Shown piece by piece: positions 1 through 8,268 of a stretch of 24,000 bases of DNA. Origin of the DNA: Oscillospiraceae bacterium (GTDB taxonomy: Bacteria; Bacillota; Clostridia; Oscillospirales; Oscillospiraceae); the NCBI GenBank assembly GCA_015067435.1, contig SVMM01000015.1, forward strand, positions 2,868 through 26,867, given 5' to 3'. The notes under the pieces are model-generated. The model did no database searches and had not been told where the DNA came from. It saw only the letters and a list, made by a program, of their open reading frames with translations. The translations under genes were made by a program, and so were the position numbers. Every line of letters begins with the position of its first letter. The first letter of the stretch is position 1.

Positions 1-930
1 GATGAGGTGCAACAGGAGTTTCAAAAGTTGTTGGAGGCGCTGGCGCGCGGCGAGTGCGCGACGCTGACGCGCGAGGTGGAGCAGGTGCACTATCTGCGGC
101 GCTTTGCCCCGCGCGAGAGATTGATCCTGCTCGGCGGCGGGCACGTCGCGCACGCGCTTGCCCGTATGGCGGCGATGCTGGACTTCGACGTGACCGTCGC
201 GGACGACAGGCCGGAGTTCGCCAACCGCGAGCGATTTCCCGGCGCGACCGTGGTCTGCGACGGCTTTGCGTCCGCGATCCAAACGGTCTCCGTGCGCGGG
301 AGCGACTATGTCTGCGTGCTGACGCGCGGGCACCGCTGGGACGGCGAGTGCCTGCGCGCGCTGCTGCGCGGCACGGAGCCAAGGTATCTCGGCATGATCG
401 GCTCGAAGCGGCGCGTCAGGGGCCTGTTCGGTGCGCTGGCGGAGGAGGGCTTCGATCCGGACGCGCTCGCGCGCATCCACGCGCCCATCGGACTGATGAT
501 CGGCGCGGTGACGCCGGAGGAGATCGCGGTTTCGATCTGCGCCCAGCTGATCGAATGCCGCCGCGCGTCGGCTGTGCCGGAAGGCGAGCCTCAAAGCGGG
601 GAGACGGTTTTGGAGCAGACGAACGCCGATCTCAATATGCTGCGCTTCCTCGCGGGGGAGGAAAAACGCAAGGCGCTGTGCCTCGTGCTGGAGACCCGCG
701 GCTCGACGCCGGTGAAATCCGGCGCGGCGATGGCGGTGGACGCGCTGGGGCGCGGCTACGGCACGGTCGGCGGCGGCTGCGGCGAGGCGGCGGTCATGGC
801 GCGCGCCCGGACGCTGCTCGGCACCGGAAAGACCGCGGTGATGGAGGTCGACATGACGGACGACGCCGCGGCAGAGGATGGACTTACCTGCGGGGGGACC
901 ATGAAAGTCTATTTGGAGGACTGCACATGA
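1..930 (+). CDS. XdhC/CoxI family molybdenum hydroxylase accessory protein, probably 5'-truncated by the window edge (ORF track start GTG at 7)
   Basis: Rossmann-like segment 'RLILLGGGHVAHALARMAAMLDFDVTVADDRPEFANRERFP' with 'YLGMIGSKRRV' and 'HAPIGLMIGAVTPEEIAVSICAQLI', followed by the CoxI-like segment 'LVLETRGSTPVKSGAAMAV...YGTVGGGCGEAAV'. No stop codon upstream of base 7. Confidence 0.85.
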   Translation, partial: DEVQQEFQKLLEALARGECATLTREVEQVHYLRRFAPRERLILLGGGHVAHALARMAAMLDFDVTVADDRPEFANRERFPGATVVCDGFASAIQTVSVRGSDYVCVLTRGHRWDGECLRALLRGTEPRYLGMIGSKRRVRGLFGALAEEGFDPDALARIHAPIGLMIGAVTPEEIAVSICAQLIECRRASAVPEGEPQSGETVLEQTNADLNMLRFLAGEEKRKALCLVLETRGSTPVKSGAAMAVDALGRGYGTVGGGCGEAAVMARARTLLGTGKTAVMEVDMTDDAAAEDGLTCGGTMKVYLEDCT

Positions 931-1862
931 ACGGGATCTCGTATTTTGACGCGCATTGCGACACGATCAGCTGCTGCGAAAAGCTGGGCTGGAGCCTGCG
1001 GGAAAACAAAGGACACCTCGATCTGGCGCGGCTGGGAGAATTTGACCGTGCGGCGCAGGTCTTTGCCATCTTCCACGACCTTGAAAAGGCGCCGGCGGAC
1101 GGCATGTTCGCGGAGTGCAGACGGCAGGCGGAGGTATTCCGGCGCGAGCTGGCGGAGAATGCCGCGCTCGCCGCGCCGTGCCGCACGGCGGAGGACGTGC
1201 GCCGCGCCAACGGCGAGGGAAAGGTCGCGGCTCTGCTCTCCTGCGAGGGCTCGGAGCTGCTGGACTGCGATCCGGAGAAGCTGGACTGGGCGCGCGAGGC
1301 GGGCGTCCGTTTCATCAACCTCACGTGGAACCACGCGAACTTCCTCTCCGGCTCCAACGCGAGCGAGCCGGAGCGCGGGCTCAACGATCTGGGGCGCGCC
1401 TTTGTCCGGCGCGCGCAGGAGCTGGACATCCGCATCGACGTATCCCACTGCTCCGACGCGGCGTTCTGGGATCTGATGGACGTGACGCAGGGCAAGGTCG
1501 TGGCGACGCACTCCGACGCCCGCGCCCTCTGCGGCAATGCGCGCAACCTCACGGACGATATGTTCCGCGCCATCGTGGAAAACGGCGGGTTTGTCGGACT
1601 CAACGCCTACGCTGAGTTTGTCCGGGAGGACGGCGAGGCGGGAATGGACGATTTCCTGCGCCATTTTGACCATTTTCTGGAGCTGGGCGGGGCGAAGCAC
1701 GTCGGCTTCGGGCTGGATCTCGACGGCTGCGACGTGCTGGCCGGCGGGATACGCGGCGTGCAGGACGTGCCGACGATCTGCGAGGCGCTGCGCCGACACG
1801 GGTACGACGACGCGCTGCTGGAGGATATCTTCTACAACAATCTGCTTCGCGTCCTTGAATAA
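927..1862 (+). CDS. Membrane dipeptidase (peptidase M19 / renal dipeptidase family)
   Basis: 'FDAHCDT', 'GVRFINLTWNH', 'IDVSHCSDAAFWDLMD', 'VVATHSDARALC.NARNLTDD' and 'GFGLDLDG' motifs; ATG overlaps the previous stop (ATGA at 927-930). Confidence 0.9.
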   Translation: MNGISYFDAHCDTISCCEKLGWSLRENKGHLDLARLGEFDRAAQVFAIFHDLEKAPADGMFAECRRQAEVFRRELAENAALAAPCRTAEDVRRANGEGKVAALLSCEGSELLDCDPEKLDWAREAGVRFINLTWNHANFLSGSNASEPERGLNDLGRAFVRRAQELDIRIDVSHCSDAAFWDLMDVTQGKVVATHSDARALCGNARNLTDDMFRAIVENGGFVGLNAYAEFVREDGEAGMDDFLRHFDHFLELGGAKHVGFGLDLDGCDVLAGGIRGVQDVPTICEALRRHGYDDALLEDIFYNNLLRVLE

Positions 1863-1874
1863 ACGGAACTGAAA

Positions 1875-1916
1875 AACGCTGCTCCGCGCGGAAAGCGCGG
1901 GGCAGCGTTTTTTGAC
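1875..1916 (+). terminator. Bidirectional intrinsic terminator between the convergent dipeptidase and nitroreductase genes
   Basis: AAAAACGCTGC-TCCGCGC-GGAAA-GCGCGG-GGCAGCGTTTTTT hairpin with T-run on + and A-run (T-run on -) on the other side. Confidence 0.85.
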
Positions 1917-1921
1917 GGAAA

Positions 1922-2467
1922 TTACCCGATCCAGCGGATCAGCTCGCCGACGCTCTTGCGGGCGGGGGCGGCGGGATTCTCGGCGGGATAGCCCATCGTG
2001 ATCAGGGCGGAGACGGTCTGCGTCGAGGGGAGCGCGATCGCCTCCGCGACCTTTTGCTCGTCAAAGACGCCGAGGATACAGGTGCCGACGCCGCAGTCGT
2101 GGGCGGCGAGGCAGAAGGTCTGCGCCGCGATGCCGGCGTCAAAGGACTCCCAGTGCGTCCCCTTGCTCGTGGAGAAGGAGCCGTCGCGCTCGTAGCCGGA
2201 GCGCTTGACGTTGACCGACTGCACGACCAGCACACTGCAGCTTTGCAGGATGGCGGCGTTGTGCGCGAAGCCGAGCACGGCTTCATTCGCGATCTTTTCA
2301 ATGACCGAGCGGTCGGTGACGACGTTGTAGCGCGCGACCTGCGTGTTCTTCCAGGACGGCGCATAGGCGGCGAGCGCCACGATCTGCTCGACGGTCTCTC
2401 TGGTGACGGGCTCGCCCGTGTAGCGGCGAACGCTGCGGCGGCCCCGGATGCTTTCCTTCGTGTCCAT
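1922..2467 (-). CDS. Nitroreductase family protein
   Basis: N-terminal 'SIRGRRSVRRYTGEPVTRETVEQIVALAAYAPSWKNTQ', central 'FDAGIAAQTFCLAAHDCGVGTC' and 'VSALITMGYPAE'. Confidence 0.9.
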   Translation of the reverse strand: MDTKESIRGRRSVRRYTGEPVTRETVEQIVALAAYAPSWKNTQVARYNVVTDRSVIEKIANEAVLGFAHNAAILQSCSVLVVQSVNVKRSGYERDGSFSTSKGTHWESFDAGIAAQTFCLAAHDCGVGTCILGVFDEQKVAEAIALPSTQTVSALITMGYPAENPAAPARKSVGELIRWIG

Positions 2468-2499
2468 TGCTTGCGCTCCTTCAGGTATTTGATAAAAAG

Positions 2500-2528
2500 A
2501 TTGTAGCGAATAAAGTGCGTTCTGTCAA
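2500..2528 (-). promoter_or_regulatory. Sigma-A type promoter for the nitroreductase gene
   Basis: On the - strand, TTGACA (2528-2523), 17-nt spacer, TACAAT (2505-2500). Confidence 0.7.
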
Positions 2529-2584
2529 CCATCCGCCGCGGCGCGGACGACAAAATATCACACGAAATAACACGGCGGCATGAG

Positions 2585-2613
2585 GCATATGCCTGTCCGG
2601 CGGGGCATAGATT
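2585..2613 (+). promoter_or_regulatory. Candidate SigE-type promoter of the spoIIIA operon
   Basis: GCATAT (2585-2590), 15-nt spacer, CATAGATT (2606-2613), resembling SigE -35/-10 boxes, 25 nt before spoIIIAA. Confidence 0.45.
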
Positions 2614-2637
2614 GAACCAGCAAGGGAGGGACGTGCC

Positions 2638-3588
2638 ATGGAAAAAGATCGCATCCGCCGCTACGAGCAGGCGGCGGAGCTGCTGCCGCCGCGGCTGCGC
2701 CGGCTGGCGCTGGAGCTGCCGGACGAGCGCAAGGCGCGCGCGGAGGAGCTGCGCCTTCGCGTGCGGCAGCCGCTGACGGTGCTCACGGGGGAGGGCGAGC
2801 TCTCCGTCACGCCGGCGGAGCGCGAGACGCTTGTGACCGGCGACGACATTGAGCGGATGATCGCCGGCGTGACGGAGTATTCGCGCTATGCTTCGCTCGA
2901 AACGATGCGGCAGGGCTATCTGACGGTGCGGGGCGGGTTCCGGCTCGGCGTGTGCGGCACGGCTGTGCTGCGCGACGGCGCCGTGTGCAACCTCAAGGAG
3001 CTCTCCGGCGTGGCACTGCGCATCGTCTGTGAGCGGCCGGGAATCGCCGCCGGCGTGGCGCCGCAGCTGTATGACGACGCGGGACGCCTGCAAAGCACGC
3101 TGATCCTCTCGCCGCCCGGCGGCGGAAAGACGACGCTGCTGCGCGACCTGATCCGCTGCGTCTCGCTGGGCGACGGGGAGCACCGCGCGCTGCGCGTCGC
3201 GGTCGTGGACGAGCGCAGCGAGCTGGCGGCGTCGTATCAGGGCTGCCCGCAGACCGAGCTGGGCAACCACACGGACGTGCTGGACGGCTGCCCCAAGGCG
3301 ATCGGGATCACCATGGTGCTGCGCGCCATGTCGCCGCAGGTGATCGCCGTGGACGAGATCGCGGCGCCGGAGGACGTCGAGGCGGTACGCGCGGCGGCAA
3401 ACTGCGGCGTCGCCCTGCTCGCCACGCTGCACGCCTCCAACGTCGGCGAGCTGCCGCGCAAGGCGCTCTGGCGCGAGCTGCTGCGCGCGGAGGTATTCTC
3501 CCGCGCGGTGGTGATCGAGGGGACAGGAGAGAAGCGCGCCTACCGCGTGGAGACGATCCCATGCTGCGATGGCTCGGCGCTGTCCTGA
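2638..3588 (+). CDS. spoIIIAA: Stage III sporulation protein AA, secretion-type ATPase
   Basis: Walker A 'LSPPGGGKTTLLRDLIR', Walker B-like 'VIAVDEI', 'TLHASN'; first gene of a spoIIIA-ordered cluster; GGGAGGG RBS. Confidence 0.95.
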   Translation: MEKDRIRRYEQAAELLPPRLRRLALELPDERKARAEELRLRVRQPLTVLTGEGELSVTPAERETLVTGDDIERMIAGVTEYSRYASLETMRQGYLTVRGGFRLGVCGTAVLRDGAVCNLKELSGVALRIVCERPGIAAGVAPQLYDDAGRLQSTLILSPPGGGKTTLLRDLIRCVSLGDGEHRALRVAVVDERSELAASYQGCPQTELGNHTDVLDGCPKAIGITMVLRAMSPQVIAVDEIAAPEDVEAVRAAANCGVALLATLHASNVGELPRKALWRELLRAEVFSRAVVIEGTGEKRAYRVETIPCCDGSALS

Positions 3589-4049
3589 TCCTCACCGGCG
3601 GACTGCTGGCGCGCCGCACGATGATCGAGGGCGGACGCGCGGCGCAGCGGTGCCGCCGGGAGCTCGCGGCGGCGTTCGAGACCATGGAAGCCGAAGTCCG
3701 GCTGCTGCTGACGCCCATCCCCGCGCTGCTGCGCGGAAGCTACGGTGCGGCGGCGGACGTTTTCTTCGCGCGGGCGGCGGAGGCGGCGTCTGACGGGGCG
3801 GCGCCCGCGGAGGCGTGGCGGAGCGCGGCGGAGGCGCTGCCGCTGCCGGAGGAAGAGCGCGCCGCCCTCGGCGCATGGGGAGGACGGTTCGGCGGAGACG
3901 CCGAGAGCGTGTGCGCCGCGCTCTCGCTCGCGGCGAAGTCGATGCGTTCGCGCTATGATGAAAACGAGGCGCAACGCCCCGGACAGGAACGCCTGACATC
4001 ATCGATCTGCATTTGTATCAGTCTATTTATTTGCGTGCTGATGCTGTAA
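3561..4049 (+). CDS. spoIIIAB: Stage III sporulation protein AB (divergent C-terminus)
   Basis: N-terminal TM 'MLRWLGAVLILTGGLLARR', 'CRRELAAAFETMEAEVRLLLTPIPALL', 'LGAWGGRFGG'; position between AA and AC. Confidence 0.88.
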   Translation: MLRWLGAVLILTGGLLARRTMIEGGRAAQRCRRELAAAFETMEAEVRLLLTPIPALLRGSYGAAADVFFARAAEAASDGAAPAEAWRSAAEALPLPEEERAALGAWGGRFGGDAESVCAALSLAAKSMRSRYDENEAQRPGQERLTSSICICISLFICVLML

Positions 4050-4102
4050 CGTGTATCGGAATAACCTGTAAGTGATAATACTTTACATAGGTGATAAAAC
4101 CG

Positions 4103-4300
4103 ATGAATATTGATCTGGTTTTTAAGATTGCAGCGGTGGGGATCGTGGTTGCGGTGCTCAATCAGCTGCTGGTTCGCTCCGACCGTCCGGATCAGGCGAT
4201 GCTGGTGAGTCTGGCGGGGCTGGTGACGACGATGATGCTGCTCGTGCGGGAGATCAGCTCCCTGTTCGACCTCATCAAGTCGCTGTTCGGGTTCTCGTGA
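4103..4300 (+). CDS. spoIIIAC: Stage III sporulation protein AC
   Basis: 65-aa double-TM protein 'MNIDLVFKIAAVGIVVAVLNQLLVRSDRPDQAMLVSLAGLVTTMMLLVREISSLF'; ATG preceded by AGGTGAT (ORF track start at 4091 is an upstream GTG). Confidence 0.93.
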   Translation: MNIDLVFKIAAVGIVVAVLNQLLVRSDRPDQAMLVSLAGLVTTMMLLVREISSLFDLIKSLFGFS

Positions 4301-4686
4301 TGGAGACGGTCGCGAGGGTCGCGGGGCTGTGCCTGACGGCTGCCGCCGCCGCGTCTCTGCTGCGGCGCGAGACGCCGGAGCTGTCCCTGCTGCTCGCCGC
4401 GGCGGCGGCGATCGTTGGCGGCGCGCTGCTGTTCGGCGCGGCGGCGGACGTCGCGGCGCTCGGCGGGGAGCTGATGGAGCTGACGGGGCTCTCCCCGGAG
4501 CTGTTCCGCCCGCTGTGGAAGGCGGCCGCCGTCGCATGGATCGCGCGGATCGGCTCCGCGCTGTGCGCCGATGCGGGGCAGGGCGCGCTGGCGCGGATCA
4601 TGGACGCGGCGGGCGCGCTGTGCGCGCTCTGCTGCGCCGTGCCGCTGCTCCGCGCGCTGCTGGAGCTGCTGAAAGGTTGGATCTGA
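4297..4686 (+). CDS. spoIIIAD: Stage III sporulation protein AD
   Basis: 129-aa hydrophobic protein in the canonical position; overlaps the spoIIIAC stop (GTGATGG). Confidence 0.9.
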   Translation: MMETVARVAGLCLTAAAAASLLRRETPELSLLLAAAAAIVGGALLFGAAADVAALGGELMELTGLSPELFRPLWKAAAVAWIARIGSALCADAGQGALARIMDAAGALCALCCAVPLLRALLELLKGWI

Positions 4687-4690
4687 ACGG

Positions 4691-5773
4691 ATGACGAGGG
4701 CATACGCTTCGCTTTTGCGGTTTGCCGCGCTGCTGGCGCTTTTGACGGCGCTTTCGGTTCCGGTTCACGCCGCACAGCTGCCCGAAACGCTGCGCGCTCT
4801 GCTGCCGGAGGAGATAGCCGCGTCGGAGGAGCTGGGCGGCGTGCTCGCCGCGGGGACGGCATGGCTGCGGGACACGGTGACGTCGTCGCTGGGAGCCTTT
4901 GTGCGCGGCGGCGTGCGCAACGCGGCGCTGCTGACGCTTACGGCAATGATCTGCGGTGCGGCGGAGGGGCTGTGCGCTCCCGCCGGGGAGGACGCTGCGC
5001 GCTATGTGCCCTACTGCGGCGTGCTGACGGCGGCGGCGCTCGCCGCGGGCGACCTGCGCGCACTCATCGGACTCGGCGCGCAGACGGTGGAGGAGCTTGC
5101 GACGCTGGGGCGGCTGCTGCTGCCGACGCTTGCCGCCGCGATGGCGGCGGGGGGCTACGTCTCGACCGCGGGCGTCTGGCAGGTGACGACGCTGATGGTC
5201 TGCGGGCTTTTGAACAACGCCGTGTCGTGCCTGCTGCTGCCGCTGGTCTACTGTCACATCGCCGCGTCCGCGGCGGGCGCGGTGCTGGACGGAAGCCGTC
5301 TGGAGCAGCTCGCGGACGGGATCAGGAAGCTCTCGTCCGGCGTGCTGATTGCCTTTACCGCCGCCTTCACCGCGTATCTGTCGATGGCGGGGGTGCTGAC
5401 CGGCTCCGCGGACCGCGCGGCGGTCAAGGCGGCGAAGCTGGCGGTGTCCGGCGCGATCCCGGTGGTGGGCGGCGTGCTCTCCGACGCGGCGGAGGGCGTG
5501 CTCGCGTCCGCCGGCGCGCTGCGCGGCAGCGTCGGCACGCTGAGCGTGTTCGTCCTGCTCGCGGTGTGTCTGACACCGCTGCTGCGCCTCGGCGTGCAGT
5601 TTTTGCTGTATAAGGCGGCGGCGTTCGCGTCCGGGCTGTTCGGACCGAAGCAGCTCACGGGCTTTCTCGACCGTCTGGGCGACGCGTTCGCGCTGGTGTT
5701 CGCCATGACGGCGGCGAGCGCGACGATCCTGCTTGCGGCGCTGCTGACCGCTATGACGGTCGCGGCGGGATAG
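4691..5773 (+). CDS. spoIIIAE: Stage III sporulation protein AE, multi-pass membrane protein
   Basis: Signal peptide and multiple TM segments; 'GRLLLPTLAAAMAAGG', 'FTAYLSMAGVLTGSADRAAVKAAKLAVSGAIPVVGGVLSDAAE'. Confidence 0.93.
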   Translation: MTRAYASLLRFAALLALLTALSVPVHAAQLPETLRALLPEEIAASEELGGVLAAGTAWLRDTVTSSLGAFVRGGVRNAALLTLTAMICGAAEGLCAPAGEDAARYVPYCGVLTAAALAAGDLRALIGLGAQTVEELATLGRLLLPTLAAAMAAGGYVSTAGVWQVTTLMVCGLLNNAVSCLLLPLVYCHIAASAAGAVLDGSRLEQLADGIRKLSSGVLIAFTAAFTAYLSMAGVLTGSADRAAVKAAKLAVSGAIPVVGGVLSDAAEGVLASAGALRGSVGTLSVFVLLAVCLTPLLRLGVQFLLYKAAAFASGLFGPKQLTGFLDRLGDAFALVFAMTAASATILLAALLTAMTVAAG

Positions 5774-5784
5774 GAGGGGATGAA

Positions 5785-6249
5785 ATGGCGGCTTTGCGGC
5801 AATGGCTGCTGGGCGTGATCGCCTGCGCGATGCTGGTGAGCCTTGCGGACCAGCTCTGTCCGAAGGGCACGGCACGCCTGCCGGTGCGCTTTGCGGGCGG
5901 GCTGCTGCTCCTGCTGGCCATGCTGCGCCCGGTCGGACTTGCGGAGGCGGCGGACGGCGCGTGGGCGGACGGCTACCGCGAGGCGGTGTCGCAGCTGGAG
6001 ATCGAGCTGGGCGGCGCGTGGGAGTCGTCCTTTTCCGACGGCATAGCGGAGAGACTGGCGGCATATATTGAGGACAAAGCGGAGGGCATGGGCGCTCCGG
6101 TGCGCGCGGAGGTAACGATGGAGACACGCGGCGGCACGCCCGTGCCGGAGCGCGTGACGCTGTACGGAGCGTACGACGGCGCGCTGTCCGCGTGGATCGC
6201 CGGAGAGCTCGGCGTTGCGAAGGAGAGGCAGCAATGGATCGACGGATGA
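5785..6249 (+). CDS. spoIIIAF: Stage III sporulation protein AF
   Basis: 'MAALRQWLLGVIACAMLVSLADQLCPKG..RLPVRFAGGLLLLLAMLRPV', position between AE and AG. Confidence 0.9.
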   Translation: MAALRQWLLGVIACAMLVSLADQLCPKGTARLPVRFAGGLLLLLAMLRPVGLAEAADGAWADGYREAVSQLEIELGGAWESSFSDGIAERLAAYIEDKAEGMGAPVRAEVTMETRGGTPVPERVTLYGAYDGALSAWIAGELGVAKERQQWIDG

Positions 6250-6623
6250 ACGGCGGCAGGCTCGAACGGCTGCGCGCCGCCGCGGGGAAGTACAAGTACG
6301 CTCTGGCGGTCGTGCTGCTCGGCGCGGCGCTGATGCTGCTGCCCGCCGGGAGCCGGGAACCGCCGCGCGCGGCGGACGCGGACGCCGCCGACAGCCGGAC
6401 GGCGGCGCAGTCGGAGATGGAGGCGGCGCTCTCCGCCTTCGACGGCGTCGGACGGCTGCGGCTGCTGCTCAGCGTCGATCCCGCGACGCAGCGCTGCTCC
6501 GGTGCGCTGGTCGTGTGCGAGGGGGCGGGCAGCGCGGCGGTGCGCTTGCAGCTGACGCAGGCGGTGTCCGCGCTGACGGGACTGTCGTCCGACAAGATTG
6601 CGATTGTGAAAGGAAAGCCGTGA
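6234..6623 (+). CDS. spoIIIAG: Stage III sporulation protein AG (start 6234 or 6246)
   Basis: 'YALAVVLLGAALMLLP' TM then 'EMEAALSAFDGVGRLRLLLSVD...GALVVCEGAGSAAVRLQLTQAVSALTGLSSDKIAIVKGKP'; overlaps the spoIIIAF stop. Confidence 0.9.
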   Translation: MDRRMNGGRLERLRAAAGKYKYALAVVLLGAALMLLPAGSREPPRAADADAADSRTAAQSEMEAALSAFDGVGRLRLLLSVDPATQRCSGALVVCEGAGSAAVRLQLTQAVSALTGLSSDKIAIVKGKP

Positions 6624-6624
6624 C

Positions 6625-7269
6625 ATGAAGAAGATTCGCGTGAGGATGCCCAAAATTTTCGGATTTTTCAGGAGGGACGATACCATGAAGAAGCTGTGGA
6701 AACGCAATGCCGTCGTCGGCGCGATGCTGGTGCTGGTGATCGCCGCCATCGTGCTCAACGGGCGCTACGCCGAGACGGTGGAGCAGGCGGCGCAGCCGCC
6801 GGAGGGCAAGGTGCTCGGCCAGGCGGCGGAGGTGGTCGCCGGAACGGAGGACGCCGCGGAGGTCGCGGCGGAGGAGCCGGAGGCGGCGCAGGAAACCGCC
6901 GCGGCGCAGGAGCCGTCGGACTACTTCGCCACCGCCCGCCTTTCGCGCCAGCAGGCGCGCGACAGCGCGCTGTCATTGTTGCAGCAGGCGGGGGAGAGCG
7001 AGGAGATGGACGAGAACGTCGCCGATGAGGTCGCGCAGGGCATCGAGGCGCTCGCGGGCTACACGATGACGGAGGCGCAGATCGAGAACATGGTCATGGC
7101 AAAGGGCTACGACGACTGCGTGGTCTTCCTCTCGTCGGACAGCGTCAGCGTTGTCGTCTCGTCGCAGACCGACGGGCTCCAGACCGAGGACATCGCCCGC
7201 ATCACCGACATTGTCAAGCAGGAGACGGGGCTTCCCGCCAGCGCGATCAAGATTTTGGAGGTCAACTGA
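6625..7269 (+). CDS. spoIIIAH: Stage III sporulation protein AH, SpoIIQ-partner type
   Basis: 'MKKLWKRNAVVGAMLVLVIAAIVLNGRYAE', 'DYFATARLSRQQARDSALSLLQQ', 'ILEVN' C-terminus. Confidence 0.9.
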   Translation: MKKIRVRMPKIFGFFRRDDTMKKLWKRNAVVGAMLVLVIAAIVLNGRYAETVEQAAQPPEGKVLGQAAEVVAGTEDAAEVAAEEPEAAQETAAAQEPSDYFATARLSRQQARDSALSLLQQAGESEEMDENVADEVAQGIEALAGYTMTEAQIENMVMAKGYDDCVVFLSSDSVSVVVSSQTDGLQTEDIARITDIVKQETGLPASAIKILEVN

Positions 7270-7300
7270 GCGGAAAATGAGCGCGCCGGCAAATTTACAG

Positions 7301-7329
7301 TTGTATTTTCGCGGAATCGATGGTAAAAT
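7301..7329 (+). promoter_or_regulatory. Possible promoter upstream of the Asp23 gene
   Basis: TTGTAT (7301-7306), 17 nt, TAAAAT (7324-7329). Confidence 0.4.
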
Positions 7330-7373
7330 ACCATAGCTAAAGCGAATGTATCCCAATGCAAGGAGTGATTCCC

Positions 7374-7721
7374 ATGGCTGAGTATTTGACCCGGTTCGAG
7401 GACAACGGGACCATCAATATCGCGGAGGACGTCGTCGCCGCCATCGTCGCGGACGCGGTGAAGCAGGTGGAGGGCGTCGGCGCGATGAGCCAGAACGTCA
7501 CCGAGCAGCTTTCGGGCAAGAAGGCTGTGCGCGGCGTGCGCGTGGAGAAGGTGGAGGACGCCATCGTCATCGACCTCTATCTGATGGCGCGCTACGGCTT
7601 CGCGATCCCGGAGGTCGCGCAGCAGGTGCAGGAGAGCGTGTCGAACGCCGTGGGCGGTATGACCGGCTTCCCCGTGAAGGAAGTCAACGTCCATGTCGGC
7701 GGCATCAGCTTCAACGAATGA
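7374..7721 (+). CDS. Asp23/Gls24 family envelope stress response protein
   Basis: 'GTINIAEDVVAAIVADAVKQVEGVGAM...VRGVRVEKVEDAIVIDLYLMARYGFAIPEVAQQVQESV...MTGFPVKEVNVHVGGI'; RBS AAGGAG. Confidence 0.93.
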   Translation: MAEYLTRFEDNGTINIAEDVVAAIVADAVKQVEGVGAMSQNVTEQLSGKKAVRGVRVEKVEDAIVIDLYLMARYGFAIPEVAQQVQESVSNAVGGMTGFPVKEVNVHVGGISFNE

Positions 7722-7749
7722 ACAGACAGAAAGATAAGGGTTTTCGCCT

Positions 7750-8211
7750 ATGACGCGCAATACCGCAAGAGAAATCGCCGTCCATCTCGCCTATGAGCTG
7801 AGCTTTACGGACAAAAGCCCGGAGGAGCTTGTCGACGAACGGCTGAGCAGGGAACGCTTCGAGACGCTTTCGGGCGAGGATGAGCTCTACGAGGAAGCGC
7901 CGGGCCCGACGCAGGCGGAGTACATCCGCTCGCTGGTTTCGGGCGTCGCGGAGCACGCGCCGGAGCTGGACGGCTATATCGCCAAATACGCAAAGGGCTG
8001 GAAGTTCGAGCGCATACCGCTCGTCGCCGGCGCCGTCATGCGCGTGGCGATGTACGAGGTGCTCTACCGGCCCGATATTCCGAACGGCGCCGCCATCAAC
8101 GAGGCGGTGGAGATCGCAAAGAAGTATGAAACGCCGGAGACGGTGAAATTCATCAACGGCATCCTCGGAAGCTTCGTGCGCGAGGAGCTGGGAGAAGAAA
8201 ACAAAGAATAA
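7750..8211 (+). CDS. nusB: Transcription antitermination factor NusB
   Basis: 'TAREIAVHLAYELSF', 'WKFERIPLVAGAVMRVAMYEVLYRPDIPNGAAINEAVEIAKKYETPETVKFINGILGSF'. Confidence 0.95.
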   Translation: MTRNTAREIAVHLAYELSFTDKSPEELVDERLSRERFETLSGEDELYEEAPGPTQAEYIRSLVSGVAEHAPELDGYIAKYAKGWKFERIPLVAGAVMRVAMYEVLYRPDIPNGAAINEAVEIAKKYETPETVKFINGILGSFVREELGEENKE

Positions 8212-8214
8212 CCG

Positions 8215-8246
8215 GTCAGCGCCGCGTCAGCGGCGCTGACTTTTGC
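8215..8246 (+). terminator. Perfect 11-bp GC-rich hairpin followed by TTTT between nusB and xseA; weak terminator/attenuator
   Basis: GTCAGCGCCGC-GTCA-GCGGCGCTGAC then TTTTGCG. Confidence 0.45.
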
Positions 8247-8268
8247 GCATCCGAAGGGGGGAGAGCGT

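Noticed and set aside
54-926. N-terminal extension of the dipeptidase (602-aa ORF from 54)
   Set aside because: The extension is an Arg/Gly-rich alternate frame of the XdhC gene; M19 homology begins at ATG 927.
2002-3432. 476-aa antisense ORF spanning nitroreductase and spoIIIAA
   Set aside because: Contains translated promoter/intergenic sequence and conflicts with two well-supported genes.
4598-6595. 665-aa antisense ORF across spoIIIAD-AG
   Set aside because: Opposite strand to well-supported spoIIIA genes; Arg/Ala/Pro-rich shadow ORF caused by high GC.
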